NCBI GenBank assembly: GCA_963826525.1
Contig: CAWGXH010000004.1
Location: 1,184,001-1,248,000 of the forward strand
Source: an uncultured Methanomicrobiaceae archaeon
Lineage (GTDB): Archaea > Halobacteriota > Methanomicrobia > Methanomicrobiales > Methanoculleaceae
Length of the DNA stretch: 64,000 nt
Direction: 5' to 3'
In this document: in pieces, positions 20,293 to 31,970 of the stretch
How the letters are laid out: each line of letters starts with the position of its first letter
How positions within the stretch are numbered: the stretch's first letter is position 1
The notes under the pieces: generated by a model
Databases searched by the model: none
Told to the model about the DNA's origin: nothing
Seen by the model: only the letters and a program-made list of their open reading frames with translations
Program-made: the position numbers and the translations under genes

Positions 20293-21420
20293 CTATGTGG
20301 CCATTCTTCCCGCACTGATCTCCTGCTGCCGGAGTTCCCGCTCTTCTGCCATCTGCTCTGCAACCCATGCACCCAGGTCGGCAAGCCCTTCCGCGAGCGG
20401 GATCTGCGGCTCGTATCCGAGAACCTCCCGTGCCCGTCCGATATCGGCAAAGCAGTGCCTGACCTCCCCGATCCGGTGTGTACCGGTCTCTTCCGGGCGG
20501 AGGTGGGCTTTTCCCATGAGCAGAGCCATGGTGGTCGCGACGCTCCGGAACGTGTACGGCCGCCCGTTTCCTATGTTGAAGGTCATGCCTGCGGCCTTCG
20601 GCACCTCGAGAGCGAGGCGGAATGCACGTGCGACATCGTAGACGCTCACGAAGTCGCGCTGCTGCTGCCCGTCTTCAAAGAGCAGCGGAGGCTCTTCTAA
20701 GAGGAGCCGGGCGGCATAGTCGGTCAGGGCACCCGTATACGGGTTTGCATGCCCCTGCCAGGGGCCGTAGACGTTGAAGAGACGCAGCGCTACCGTCGGA
20801 ATGCCGTACGTGCCCCCTATCATCATGCACATCCGCTCCTGATTGTACTTCGAAAGGGCATATATGGACTTCGGGGATGGCTCCTTTCCCTCCGGTGTCG
20901 GGAGCGGATAGAGCACCTCTCCGTCCGGGCTCCGGGGTTCGAAGTCGCCCTTCGCCAACCGGTCGGGCCTTCTCTCGATGGTCGTATAGACCGATCCGTT
21001 GAACGACCCGTACAGCCCCTCCCCGTAGATGCTGCTGCTCGAGGCGACGATAAGCCGCCCGACCGGCTGCTTGATGAGCTCTTCGAGCAGCACGGCCGTG
21101 CCGATATCGTTCGTGCTCATGTACCTCTCGATGGTGTACATGCTCTGGCGTGTGCTGACGGAAGCGGCAAGGTGAATGACGGCGTCGACCCCTTCCAGCG
21201 CCTCCTGCACCGTATGGGCGTCCCGGATATCCCCGACCATCAGTTCCGCTCTCGGGTCGAGGTGTTTAGGGAGCCTCCGGTCTGCCCCATGCACCCTCGG
21301 CGAGAGATTATCCAGAATCCGGACGTCGTATCCGTGTCTGAAGAGCTCCTCGGTAAGATGCGAACCGATAAATCCAGCCCCCCCGGTGATCAGAATGGTG
21401 GTATTTGTGTTATCACTCAT
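20293..21420 (-). CDS. NAD-dependent epimerase/dehydratase (extended SDR)
   Basis: TGGAGFIGSH, ASSSSIYG, YALSK, LRLFNVYGP, RDFVSV. Confidence 0.92.
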   Translation of the reverse strand: MSDNTNTTILITGGAGFIGSHLTEELFRHGYDVRILDNLSPRVHGADRRLPKHLDPRAELMVGDIRDAHTVQEALEGVDAVIHLAASVSTRQSMYTIERYMSTNDIGTAVLLEELIKQPVGRLIVASSSSIYGEGLYGSFNGSVYTTIERRPDRLAKGDFEPRSPDGEVLYPLPTPEGKEPSPKSIYALSKYNQERMCMMIGGTYGIPTVALRLFNVYGPWQGHANPYTGALTDYAARLLLEEPPLLFEDGQQQRDFVSVYDVARAFRLALEVPKAAGMTFNIGNGRPYTFRSVATTMALLMGKAHLRPEETGTHRIGEVRHCFADIGRAREVLGYEPQIPLAEGLADLGAWVAEQMAEERELRQQEISAGRMAT

Positions 21421-21740
21421 GGCGATCAGACACTCATCATACCCTCTCTGCATTAAATATTATCGTCAAAATTGAATAAATAGGTAGGGATTATTCTATG
21501 CCCGTCCGGAAATCCCAAGGCGGTTTCTTTGATCGATTGGCTGATCGACTCCGGCTATATGGGTGTCTGGCTGGGGGCGCTGCCGGGGATCACGGGTTAC
21601 CGCTGCTAGAGGCTCACCCCTGTCGTGAACCGCTTCAGCCCGGGCCTCTCGGACATATAGTATCTTTACGGAGCCCCGTACCTGCAGAGCCGGCCTCTGG
21701 GATGCGAAACTCTCAAATCACTCGCTGACAAGGATGGTTT

Positions 21741-22211
21741 ATGAGAATGAAGCTTTTGTTTTCGGTTATGGCGGTGCTGGTCGCTCTGGCTCTGACCGCA
21801 GCATGCACCGGAACACCTGATAACGGCACGGCATCACCGACGCCGACACCGACTCAGACGGCAGAGGGAACACCTGCGACTGCCCAGACGGTTGTGCCTC
21901 TCGCCACCCAGCCGACCGAAGTGCCGCCGGTAAATCTCGGGGGGGTGGACATCCAGGCGCAGAAAGATCCGGTTTCAAACGAGATCGCCGTCATCTTCCG
22001 CGGTGGCAAGGGTCAGTCCTGGACGCAGGATATCAATGTCACCGTCGTCCGTTCGGACGGCACCATCGTCAACAACTACGATATGGTACCGCGGATCGGA
22101 AGTGAGGTGGATATCGCGGGAACGCGTGGGGACGATCGAGTGATCGTGACCGTCACCCTGAGCACGGGCGGCAGTTACCGGGTTTACGATACCATCCTCC
22201 GGGGGCGCTGA
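21741..22211 (+). CDS. Predicted lipoprotein with Pro/Thr linker and beta-rich surface domain
   Basis: Signal peptide with lipobox-like TAAC, SPTPTPTQT linker, IFRGGKGQ domain. Confidence 0.75.
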   Translation: MRMKLLFSVMAVLVALALTAACTGTPDNGTASPTPTPTQTAEGTPATAQTVVPLATQPTEVPPVNLGGVDIQAQKDPVSNEIAVIFRGGKGQSWTQDINVTVVRSDGTIVNNYDMVPRIGSEVDIAGTRGDDRVIVTVTLSTGGSYRVYDTILRGR

Positions 22212-22300
22212 ACCGAAAGGACGGCAGGGCAGCCACCGGGGGCATAGGCATACCCTGCCCTTTCCTTTCCGGGATACCGTAGCAGCACTCTTTTGGCACC

Positions 22301-22984
22301 TCACGGCTCTTTCCTGACATCCCATCTGACAAGGAGACCGTCGTCCACCGGTTCGGCGTCCCGCAGGCGTAACCTGATGAAATCAGCCTCGTTTAAGAAT
22401 CCCTGTCCATCCGCAGGAGTCGGGGCATCCTTTCCGCCGATGATCATGCTCCCGATGTACGTATACATCTCGTCGACAAGGCCCTGACTGATGAGCGACC
22501 AGATCAGCGTGCCGCCCCCTTCCACCATCAGGCGGCGGACGCCGTACTGGTAGAGGATATCGAGAAGTTTCTCAAGGTCTACCGTCGTCTTCCCCGCGAC
22601 CACGACCGTCCCCGACTTCATGAGGTTCTCGACCCTCTCCCGTGGAGCGCTCTCGGCGACGGCGATGATCCGTCTTCCGGTTCCCTTCCGGAGAATGTCG
22701 GCATCGGGAGGGGTTCTGGCATGGCTGTCGACGACCACCCGGATTGGGTCTTCATCTCTCCCCCCTTCGCGGCGCACCGCTCGAAGATCCGGACTCTTCA
22801 CCGTCAGCGAGGGATTGTCGGCAAGAACCGTCCCGATGCCGACCATGACGCAATCGCTCTCCGCCTTGATACGGTCGACCCGTACAAAGTCATTTGTTCC
22901 GGAGATCCTAACCTGCCTCCGTTCTTTCGTGGATATCTTTCCATCGGCACTCATCGCGACGTTGACAAAGACACGTGGACGCAT
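22301..22984 (-). CDS. arfC: 2,5-diamino-6-(ribosylamino)-4(3H)-pyrimidinone 5'-phosphate reductase (archaeal RibD reductase)
   Basis: AMSADGKI, MVGIGTVLADNPSLTV, LMVEGGG, IIGGKDAPT. Confidence 0.92.
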   Translation of the reverse strand: MRPRVFVNVAMSADGKISTKERRQVRISGTNDFVRVDRIKAESDCVMVGIGTVLADNPSLTVKSPDLRAVRREGGRDEDPIRVVVDSHARTPPDADILRKGTGRRIIAVAESAPRERVENLMKSGTVVVAGKTTVDLEKLLDILYQYGVRRLMVEGGGTLIWSLISQGLVDEMYTYIGSMIIGGKDAPTPADGQGFLNEADFIRLRLRDAEPVDDGLLVRWDVRKEP

Positions 22985-23203
22985 ATGCTCACAGTATTAC
23001 ACCCCCTGCACCATATTATCCTCGCTGTTCGTGTCTCGTCCCTGCTATCTCCGGGTAGTGCTGAATGATCAGGCCATCTGGATGGCCCTTCTCTTCAATA
23101 TCTTCATTACGCTTTCCCTTTTCGTTGATTAATGCGATCTGTGCGATTTAAAAGTACGAATGGTATAAATATCACTACTTGAATACTCTACCTCACTGGT
23201 ACG

Positions 23204-25004
23204 ATGCCTAAAAATCAGTATTGCCGTTCCGTCTGGCGGGAAAACCTCTATACTGAAGGGGATATTGTCAGGATGGTGGCGATACTGGCATTTGTGGCGT
23301 TATCACTCATGATAACCGCATATGCCCTTCCGAATCAGGCAGGCCACTTTTATCTGCTCATCTATTGTATCCCGATCATTCTGATCTCGCTCTGGTTCCC
23401 CCGGCAGGGGGTCAAGGTGACGACGTTCCTCGTTGCCGGGTTCCTTCTCATCAACCTCTACTACTCAATGGGCGGAGTCCCGGTCGATCCCATCCTGTCC
23501 GGGTTATATGCTTCGATCTTCTTCTGGATGCTCGGTGCTACGTCTCTTTTCACCCGGAATGTAAACCTCGCTGTTTCGCGATACCGGAAACTGATCGAGG
23601 ATGCCGAGGATGCACGATTTCTCTGTGACGCCGGAACGCTCCGGATTCTTGCCGTGAATCTGAGATGCGCAGAGATCTTCGGCTACGAGCCGTATGAACT
23701 GGTCGGTGTTCCTCCCGAGACGCTCTGGGGGGATGAAGCGGAGCGGCTGGCGTTTGCAGAGACGATGGGGCGGGAGGGATACGTCGGGAACCTTGAACAG
23801 ACATTTCTTTCAAAGGGCGGCGAGGTGAACGAGGTTCTCCTTTCGGGAAGAGCCCTCCTGCCCGACAATATCTTTGAGTGTTCGCTCGTCAACATCGGGC
23901 AGCTCCGTAGTGAGCGGGATCTGCTGCTCAAGTCGAATGGCCGCCTCCAGCGGCTCATCTATCAGTCTCACGATCTCATCTTCATGCAGGATACGAGCGG
24001 CAGGTTCGTCCACTTTTACTGGCTCTGGGCGGCAGAGAACGGTATCGACCCGTCGGAGATGATCGGGAAGACAATAGATGCTCTCCTACCGTCCGAGGCA
24101 GCCGAACGCTACCAGTCACGGCTTTGCGAGGTTATCGAAACCCGGGCGACGATATGCTCCGAGCTCACCTGTGGGATCAACGGCTCCACCCGTGTTCTCT
24201 CGATGACGCTCGGGCCCATGCCAGGGCCGGATGGAGAACTCGTCGGCGTGGTCGGAACGGCACGCGATATCACCGAGATGAAGCAGCAGAGACTGGCGTG
24301 CATGCAGCTTGAATGGGAGATCGACCAGTGGAAGGAGTTCATCACGACTGCCGCCCACGAGCTGCGCACACCGCTTCAGCCGATCGTCGGATACCTGAGG
24401 CTGATGCTCGACGATCCCGAGTACTACGCTCTGAACGCCGAGTCCTGTCGCCTGCTTGCGCTCTGTCTTGAGAGTTCGAGCCACGAGTGCGCGGTGGTCG
24501 ATACGATGCTCGAGCTGAGTCCTGCTCGCGATGGAGCATGTCGAACTGCAGATATCGGATGTTGCCGTGCACCTGCTCATCGAAAGGGTCATTGCCGATG
24601 GGGGGTATGATCGGGATGCGGTGATCGCCAACGAGGTGCCGAAAGGGCTGCATATTCGGGGCGATCGCGATCGACTGCACCAGGTTCTGGAGAGTCTGCT
24701 CTCCAATGCAGTAAAGTATAATAAACCGCCGAGAAGAGTATGGATACGGTACACCGGATCAAATCAGAACCATTATATTATGGTAATCGATAATGGCATC
24801 GGTATCCCGGGTGATGTAATGGGCTCGATCTTCAGGCCGTTTTACATCGGTGACGCATCACAGCTCAACCGGCAATGCGGGCGTCTTGGTCTTGGGCTTT
24901 CCATTGCCAGAAAGTATATCAGAATGCATGGGGGAGACATATCCGTGACCAGTGATCTGGGGGCAGGTAGTACCTTTACCGTTCGAATATCCAAGGAGAT
25001 GTAA
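23204..25004 (+). CDS. Membrane-bound PAS-PAS sensor histidine kinase; indel near 24520
   Basis: About 4 TMs, two PAS, AHELRTPL (H-box), NAVKY (N), DNGIGI (G1), GLGLSI (G2). Confidence 0.88.
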
Positions 25005-25006
25005 AT

Positions 25007-25432
25007 ATGGGCGAAAAAATCATGGTGGTAGACGATGATCTGCCGACCCTCGAAGTGATGGAGTTATTGTTGCGCAAGATTGATCGGGAGCCGGTTCTGG
25101 TGCATAATGGGTGGGATGCACTCCGTATCCTGAAGAAAGAGCGGCCCGCGCTGATCATTCTTGATGTGATGATGTCTCCCATCGACGGGTGGCAGTTCCT
25201 TGAAGAGCTGAAACGAAACGAGGAACTCAAAGAGATCCCCGTCCTGCTCTTCACCGCAAAGCATGTCTGGCCGGAGGAATACTCGCGGTATGCAGACGAT
25301 ATTGTCGGTGTCCTGGAGAAACCGATCTCACTTGCGGAATTAAAGGCAGTTCTTGAGAGAGTTCTTCCCAAAGAGAACTCTCATTATTTGAAGGATGCCG
25401 CCAGCGGTGCTTCACATCCGGGCGGCAGATAA
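25007..25432 (+). CDS. Single-domain response regulator (REC)
   Basis: VVDDD, LDVMM (phospho-Asp), FTA, EKP. Confidence 0.92.
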   Translation: MGEKIMVVDDDLPTLEVMELLLRKIDREPVLVHNGWDALRILKKERPALIILDVMMSPIDGWQFLEELKRNEELKEIPVLLFTAKHVWPEEYSRYADDIVGVLEKPISLAELKAVLERVLPKENSHYLKDAASGASHPGGR

Positions 25433-25654
25433 CGACAACGTGCATATACGTGTGCTGACTCTTTTTTGCATCTCCGCTCGCCCGGCAAGCTGCCGGGTAC
25501 GTGATTGGAGGTGTCCCGCCCGGTGTCATCCCGTCCCTGCGTCGGCCGCCCCGGAAGGCATCGTGGAGCGTGTGAATCTTCGGCCAGTCCGCTTCCGGCA
25601 AACCGAAAGGAATTTTTGTCTCCGGTGCCGGTATACCGCTTTAGTGGATGTTCG

Positions 25655-26982
25655 ATGAAGGTAACTGATCTGCCGGCCGCCCCTTCACTGCAGGAGTATC
25701 GGGGAATCATCGGAGAGGAGAGGATCGCGGCGCTCGAAGGCCTTGCAGACCGGCTTGCCGGTGTTACGTTTCAGGAGATCAACTCCACCCGGTCCGGTGG
25801 CGGGGTCGCCGAGATCTTAAACTCCTACATCCCCTTCCTCCGGGCTCTCGGCCTTGAGACGACGTGGAGCGTCATGGAAGCGGATGCCCCGTTTTTTGAC
25901 GTGACAAAGACGCTCCATAACTTTCTGCAGGGCAGGGACGGCTTTTCACCGTCGATGATCGAGGTCTACTGGGAGACGCTGCGGAAGAATGAGGGTCTGA
26001 TCGACGACGATGCCGACGTCGTCACCATCCACGACCCGCAGCCGCTCGGGCTGATCGAGTATGCAACCCGCGACGACCTTGAGCGGAAGCGATTCATCTG
26101 GCGGTGCCATGTCCAGCTCGAGACGCTCTCCGTCGACACGGTCAGCGAGATAGGGAGGTTTATGAAGAAACTCGTGGAGCAGTACCATGCGAGCGTCTTC
26201 TCGAGTATGCAGTACCTTCCGCTCTGGCAGGTCCCGAGTTTCATCATACCTCCGTTCATCGACCCGCTCTCGGAGAAGAACCGTGATCTCACCGAGCAGG
26301 AGATCAACGGCGTTCTCGCGAAGGTACGGCATCGAGACGGAAACGCCGCTTATCACCCAGGTCTCGCGATACGATACCTTCAAAGACCCTGTCGGTGTCA
26401 TCGAGGCTTTTCGAAGGGTCAGAGAGAAGGTTCCCTGCCAGCTGCTTCTCGTCGGCGGACGGGCGTGCGACGACCCCGAGTGTTTCCTCGTCCTGCGGAA
26501 TGTCAGGGAGGCCGCGGAGGATCATCCCGACATCCACATTCTGGATCTCCCCTCGGACAGTCACTTGGAGATCAACGCCCTGCAGAGAGCCTCTGCGATC
26601 ATCGTGCAGAAGTCGCTAAAAGAGGGGTTCGGCCTCACCGTCTCGGAAGGTTTCTGGAAAGGCAAGCCCGTCGTCGGCGGTAACGTCGGCGGAATCCCGC
26701 TTCAGGTGAAGGACGGGTGGAACGGATACCTTGTCTCGACCATGCAGGAGACTGCTGATCGGCTCGTTCACCTCCTGAAGAATCCGGAGCTCTGCCGACC
26801 GGATGGGGACTCGTGGGAAGGAGTTCGTACGGGAGAACTTCCTCCTTCCGCGGGGAGTTCATGACCATCTCGCCGTCGCCGACCAGCTCGTCAACGGCAA
26901 GCTAACCGCCCGGGAGAGTGTCATCTGTTACCACCCCCGGGTGCTGAGTTCCGAGGCCGCGAACAACTTGACGGATCTCTGA
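25655..26982 (+). CDS. treT: TreT-like glycosyltransferase (GT4 trehalose synthase); indels near 26325 and 26795
   Basis: INSTRSGGGVAEIL, TKTLHNFLQG, HDPQP, WRCH, QVSRYDTFKDP, EGFGLTVSE, VRENFLLPR. Confidence 0.85.
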
Positions 26983-27037
26983 TGCCGGACGCGATGCACT
27001 TATATACCAGAGCCGGGTGAGATGTTGCCCGGTTCTC

Positions 27038-27474
27038 ATGAGGATCGCTGTTGCATGGTACTGGCCGCGGGGGGCTCGACGACACGATAGCCCCGGTCTT
27101 CGGGGCTGCCACCGTCTTTACGCTGGTCGATTCCGACGTTCAGACGATCACCGGAGTTACGCTTGTTCCCGGAGCCGGCACGGGGACCGCCCGAACCCTC
27201 ATTGAGCGAGGGGTGGACGCCGTGATCGCCGGTGAGTTCGAGCCCGAGGTTCTGGATGTATTCGCACCTGCGGGAATACCGACGTACCGGCTACAGAATA
27301 TGTCCGCCCGGGACGGCGTTCTGCAGTGACCTCAACCGGGCGACGGACGGCAGGATCAGGGATGCTGGGAAGGGTGATGTGCCCACCGATTACGCCACCC
27401 GGACGAGCAGTGGCGGCGTCGCGCTCGGGGCGAAGCGACGCGACTTCGGGCAGGGGCCGCCCCGGCAGCGATAG
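27038..27474 (+). CDS. NifB/NifX-family (IssA-like) protein; indels near 27057 and 27328, 3' end uncertain
   Basis: MRIAVA..GRGGLDD.IAPVFG.A..FTLVD, GAGTGTA..L.ERGVDAVIAG.F. Confidence 0.7.
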
Positions 27475-27509
27475 CGCCCGGGCAGGGCGTTTTCTCCTCG
27501 CAGAGTTCC

Positions 27510-28390
27510 TTATCGTCTTGTAAGGGTTTCATGCCGCTTTCCCGCTCCCGACGGTCGAGAGTTCGTTCTTCCGAAGGAACTTGCGGTTCTTCTGGACTCG
27601 ACCCATCCCCGGTCGAGTTCCCTGACGATCGCATTGATCCGTCTTACCTGTTCTACAATCCTCCGTGATATATCCTCATCCTCGATCAGATCCGCCCGCG
27701 TTTGGATCACCCGGAGGGGGTGGCGGATATGGTCGCCGAGGGTGGCAAACTGCTCAATGTTCCTCCGGATCTGATCGGAGGCCTGCTGTTTGATCTACCG
27801 GATCGTGATCTCCCCGGTGACGTCCGGATCTGGAGAAGGTATCCCTTGACGGAGCCCTTCTCCGTCGACAGGATCGGATGTATCCAGATGTCGAGGTAGA
27901 GCGTTCCGGGATACTCTCCCGCCGGACGATCTCGTGGAGTGTCTCTCCCGAAAGGAGCGTGTCCCGTCTGCCTGCAATGCCAAATACGGTGAAGATGCTG
28001 GTATATTCGGGATCGCACCGGCTCTTTGCACCGAAGCGCGCGGTGAATGCCGGGTTGGCGTCGAGCAGTCTGCCGCCGGTGCCGCAGTAGGCGATGCCTC
28101 GAAGATGCTCTCAAACCGCCGCTCGCTCGCGATCACCTGCTTCTCCGCCCGCTTCCGTTCGGTGATATCTATGAACCCTTCAAGGGCGATACACTCGCCT
28201 TCGGGGGTCCGGTTGGCTGTTCCCTGTTCTTGGACTCACTTTTCCTCCCGAAGGGGGATGATGATCCGATAGGTGAGTGTAAACGCATTTTCCTCATGAA
28301 GTGCTACAGAAACAGCCTCCCCGACCCGTTCAGAGTCATCGGGACGGATGAGGCCGCCGTAGTGCACCTCGCGGCCGCTGGCCGGGTACA
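27510..28390 (-). pseudogene. Degraded PAS sensor protein remnant
   Basis: YGGLIRPDDSERV..FTLTYRI..EEK*VQEQG..ALEGFIDITERK has TGA where PAS folds have Trp; also frameshifts, no start, and a C-terminal NIEQFATLGDHIRHPL..LDRGWVES tail. Confidence 0.72.
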
Positions 28391-28572
28391 CGGCTTTTGT
28401 CGGGGTATGCTCTGGGATACTGCATATCCCCCGGATAGTGCCTTTCTTTTCTCGGACTTTACCGCACGTTTCTGCTTAAAAGTAGTATTTTGAGTGGGGG
28501 ACACGATTTCAATATGAAAATCTTTAAGGTACGTATTGTGCAACTACTCTGCAGGGCGGTGTTCGCCGGGTA

Positions 28573-31211
28573 ATGCAGTACCGAAAGGATGATCTTGTTC
28601 TCTACAGTATCCTGGGATTTGTCATATTCACCCTGCTTATCGCAGATCTTGGCCTTTTTCTCCTCTCGGGCGGCGTGTACATCCTTATCACGCATCTCTT
28701 CTACTTCCCCGTAGTATTTGCGTCATTTCGCTATCCTCAAAAAGGCATTCTGCTCGCTACGTTCTGTGCCGTGGCATATATCGCCGCTATATACAGTGTC
28801 GCTTCTCCGGGGATCGGCGAACTTGCAGCTGCCACGATGCAGTTTTACGTCTTTGTCAGCCTCGGCGTCGCCATATCAGTGGTATCGGGAGATCTGAAAG
28901 TGAACGAGATGCTGTACCGCACCGTCTTCGATCATGCGGGCAGCGCAATCTGCCTCATCGATGCCCGCTCCGGGACTATCCTCGAGACGAACCGGCAGTG
29001 TACCTGGATGGCCGGAACGGCGGCCCCGGTATGGGCAGCAACATCCCTCGATCAGTTTCTGCCTGTCCGGGGCGAGCGGGAGGAGTTCCTCCGGCGATTG
29101 CGGTGCGGCGAGGCGATATCGAACTATGAGACCGATCTTGTGCTCCCGGACGGGACCGCGAAAGATCTCCTCGTCTCGGCAAGTCTCCTGCCAAACGACG
29201 TGATCATCATGACGTTCGAGGATATTACCGGGCGAAAACGTGATGAAGCAGCCCTGCGCGAGAGTGAACGACGTTTTCGGGAGCTCGCAGAACTGTTGCC
29301 CCAACCGGTCTTCGAATTCGACCGGACCGGGCTCTTTACGTTTGCCAACCGGAGCGCATTCGCGGCGTTCGGATACACCCCCGGGGATCTGCAGCGGGGC
29401 GTGCATGTCCTGCAGACGGTCGTTCCCGAAGATCGCGAACGGGCGGCGGCAGGATGATCAGGCATCTCACGGAGGGGAGGGAGCGCTCGTACTCTGCCGA
29501 ATACACTGCTATCAGAACGGACGGAAGCACGTTCCCCGCGATCATCTCATCAAGTCCCATCGACGAAGACGGGCAGGTGGCGGGTGTGCGTGGCGTCGTC
29601 GTCGATATCTCGGAACGAAAAAGGATCGAGACGCTCGACCGCGAAAATATGCGAAACCTCGAGTTCCTCTCGAGGACGGCGACGGAGTTCGCCGAGATGA
29701 CGCCGGATACCGACATCTATGCATACATCAGCGACCGCCTGCTCGAGATCTTCCCCGGCTCAGCGAGCATCGTCAGTTCCATCGACGATGCCGCCCGGAT
29801 ACTGCAGATCCGGGTTGTCGGTGGCTCCGATGCGTTTCGGGAGGCGATGGATGAGGTTCGGAAGATCAGGCCTGAAGGGTGGCGATTTGAGATTCCTCCT
29901 GTCGGCATGGCGAGCATGCTCTCCGGAGATGTCACCGAGATCCCCGGCGGCGCCCGGGAGTGCTCGTTTGGGCAGCTCTCGCCCGATCTCTCCAGACAAA
30001 TCGACGATACCTTCGGGGAAGGGCGCATATACGGGATTGGCTTTACGTGGGGCGGGCGGCTCTTCGGCGCTGCGCTTGTGCATCTTCGCACCGGGTGCGA
30101 TCTCCATGACCGAAGTATGCTGATGGCCTTTACGCATCAGGCATCCATCGCGCTGCAGCGGAGAGTGGCCGAAGACGAACTGCGTGACCGTGAGGAGCAG
30201 TACCGCACCCTCTTTGAGGATTCATCGGACGGCATCATCCTGATGACGGACGTCTTCATCGACTGCAACGAACGCGTTGTGGAGTTGCTCGGCTACTCCC
30301 GGGATGAGGTGGTGGGTCGAAAGGTGGAGGAGATCTCCCCGGCAGTTCAGCCCGACGGCACGCCTTCTGCCGACCGTGCCCGGGAGAAGGTCCGTGCCGC
30401 ACTCGCCGGAACGCCGCAGCAGTTCTCCTGGCAGCACCAGAGGAAGGACGGCACCCTTGTCGATACCGAAGTCTCCCTAAAAGTCCTGTCACTGCACGGG
30501 AAGGCCGTCCTGCAGGCCTCTCTGCGCGACGTGACCGAGCGGATCAGGGCGGAGCAGGCGATCCGGCAGATCAACCGGAAACTCCACCTGCTCTCGAGTA
30601 TTACCCGGCACGATATCTTAAACCAGATCACGGGGATCGTCGGGTACCTTGAGATCCTGAGCGATGCGATGCCCCCGGGCCCGGAGGTGCAGGACTACTT
30701 CCAGAGGATCTCCGATCTGACGAAGACTATCCAGCGGCAGATCACCTTCACCCGTGACTATGAGGATATGGGGCTTAAGGCCCCCCTGTGGCAGCGTCTC
30801 GACGACGTCGTGCACGCCGCTGCCGCAAGCCTCGACCCGGTGGCAGGCATCACCGTCCGGGTCGAAGTGGGAACCGCTGAGATCTTTGCCGACTCGATGT
30901 TAGAGAAGGTCTTCTTCAACCTCCTCGAAAACTCCCTCCGTCATGGGGGGGCGGTCTCCGAGATCCGGGTCACGTTCACCGTCAGGGAGGGGAAGGGCGT
31001 AGTCTCTATCCGCGACGACGGGAGCGGCGTTTCTGTGGCGATGAAGGAGCGGATATTCCAGAGAGGGGTCGGGAAGAATACCGGGTACGGGCTCTTCCTC
31101 GTCCGCGAGGTCCTCTCCATCACCGGAATGAGCATCCGGGAGATCGGCGAGGAGGGAAGCGGTGCCCGTTTCGAGATCCTGGTTCCGGAAGGAGTATTCC
31201 GGTGCGCCTGA
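28573..31211 (+). CDS. Membrane-bound PAS/GAF sensor histidine kinase; indel near 29454
   Basis: About 4 TMs, PAS-PAS-GAF-like-PAS, TRHDILNQ (H-box), NLLENSLRHG, DDGSG, GYGLFL. Confidence 0.88.
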
Positions 31212-31327
31212 GCACTGCCCCCCCTGTCTGTTATCCCCGGCCTCCGTGCCGGAGCGGCTTGCCTCTTCCAGGCTTTTCACAACATTGAAGAACCTGGGGG
31301 CGGTCATACTGGTGTGAGGACGACGTT

Positions 31328-31798
31328 ATGAAGAATGTTGCCGTTGTGGAGGTAATCGATCAGAAGGTTGCGGGTCTCCGCCGACGCGGACGCTACGAAG
31401 AGATCGGCCCGATGCTCATGGAACTCTATCGGTTCGTCTCGGAGAAGGGTATCGATATCACCGGCCCGCCCGCGTTCATCTGTCACGAGATCACGCCCGA
31501 GGAGGTGATGCAGGCCGAGAAAGCCGCCGCCGCCTCTATCGAGGTGGTCTTCCCGATCGAAGGGGATGCAGCAGGAGAGGGTGAGATTGCGGTCTACGAA
31601 CTTGCCGGCGGGACGATGGCACGGATCATCCATATGGGTGCGTACCAGGACTGCAAAGAGACATACGAAGAGCTCTATGCCTGGACAGCGGCGAATCACA
31701 AGACCATCACCGGCCCTCTGCGCGAGGTCTACATGAGCGATCCCCGGGAGACACCGGAGGACGCACTCGTCACCTGGATATATGCGCCGATTGCGTGA
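31328..31798 (+). CDS. GyrI-like small-molecule-binding domain protein
   Basis: ITGPP, HMGAYQ...YEELYAW, GPLREVYMSDP..TP...LVTWIYAPI. Confidence 0.87.
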   Translation: MKNVAVVEVIDQKVAGLRRRGRYEEIGPMLMELYRFVSEKGIDITGPPAFICHEITPEEVMQAEKAAAASIEVVFPIEGDAAGEGEIAVYELAGGTMARIIHMGAYQDCKETYEELYAWTAANHKTITGPLREVYMSDPRETPEDALVTWIYAPIA

Positions 31799-31970
31799 CA
31801 GGCCACGCATTCCTCTTTTGCATGCACGGTTGTCAGCTGGCTGAATCCCGCCATACATCCTGAACGTGCCGTTTTACATCCCGTTCGCTGCTCTCGCACA
31901 ACCTTAAATGCCATGAATGAGAGTCCCATCGTGGGTTCTGTCAGCCTCGGAGCGGGGATGGGGATCGGGT

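Noticed and set aside
31838-31870. GCTGAATCC resembling the c-di-AMP (ydaO) riboswitch 5' motif
   Set aside because: The remaining conserved elements (second GGGTGAATC-type motif, paired stems) are not present.
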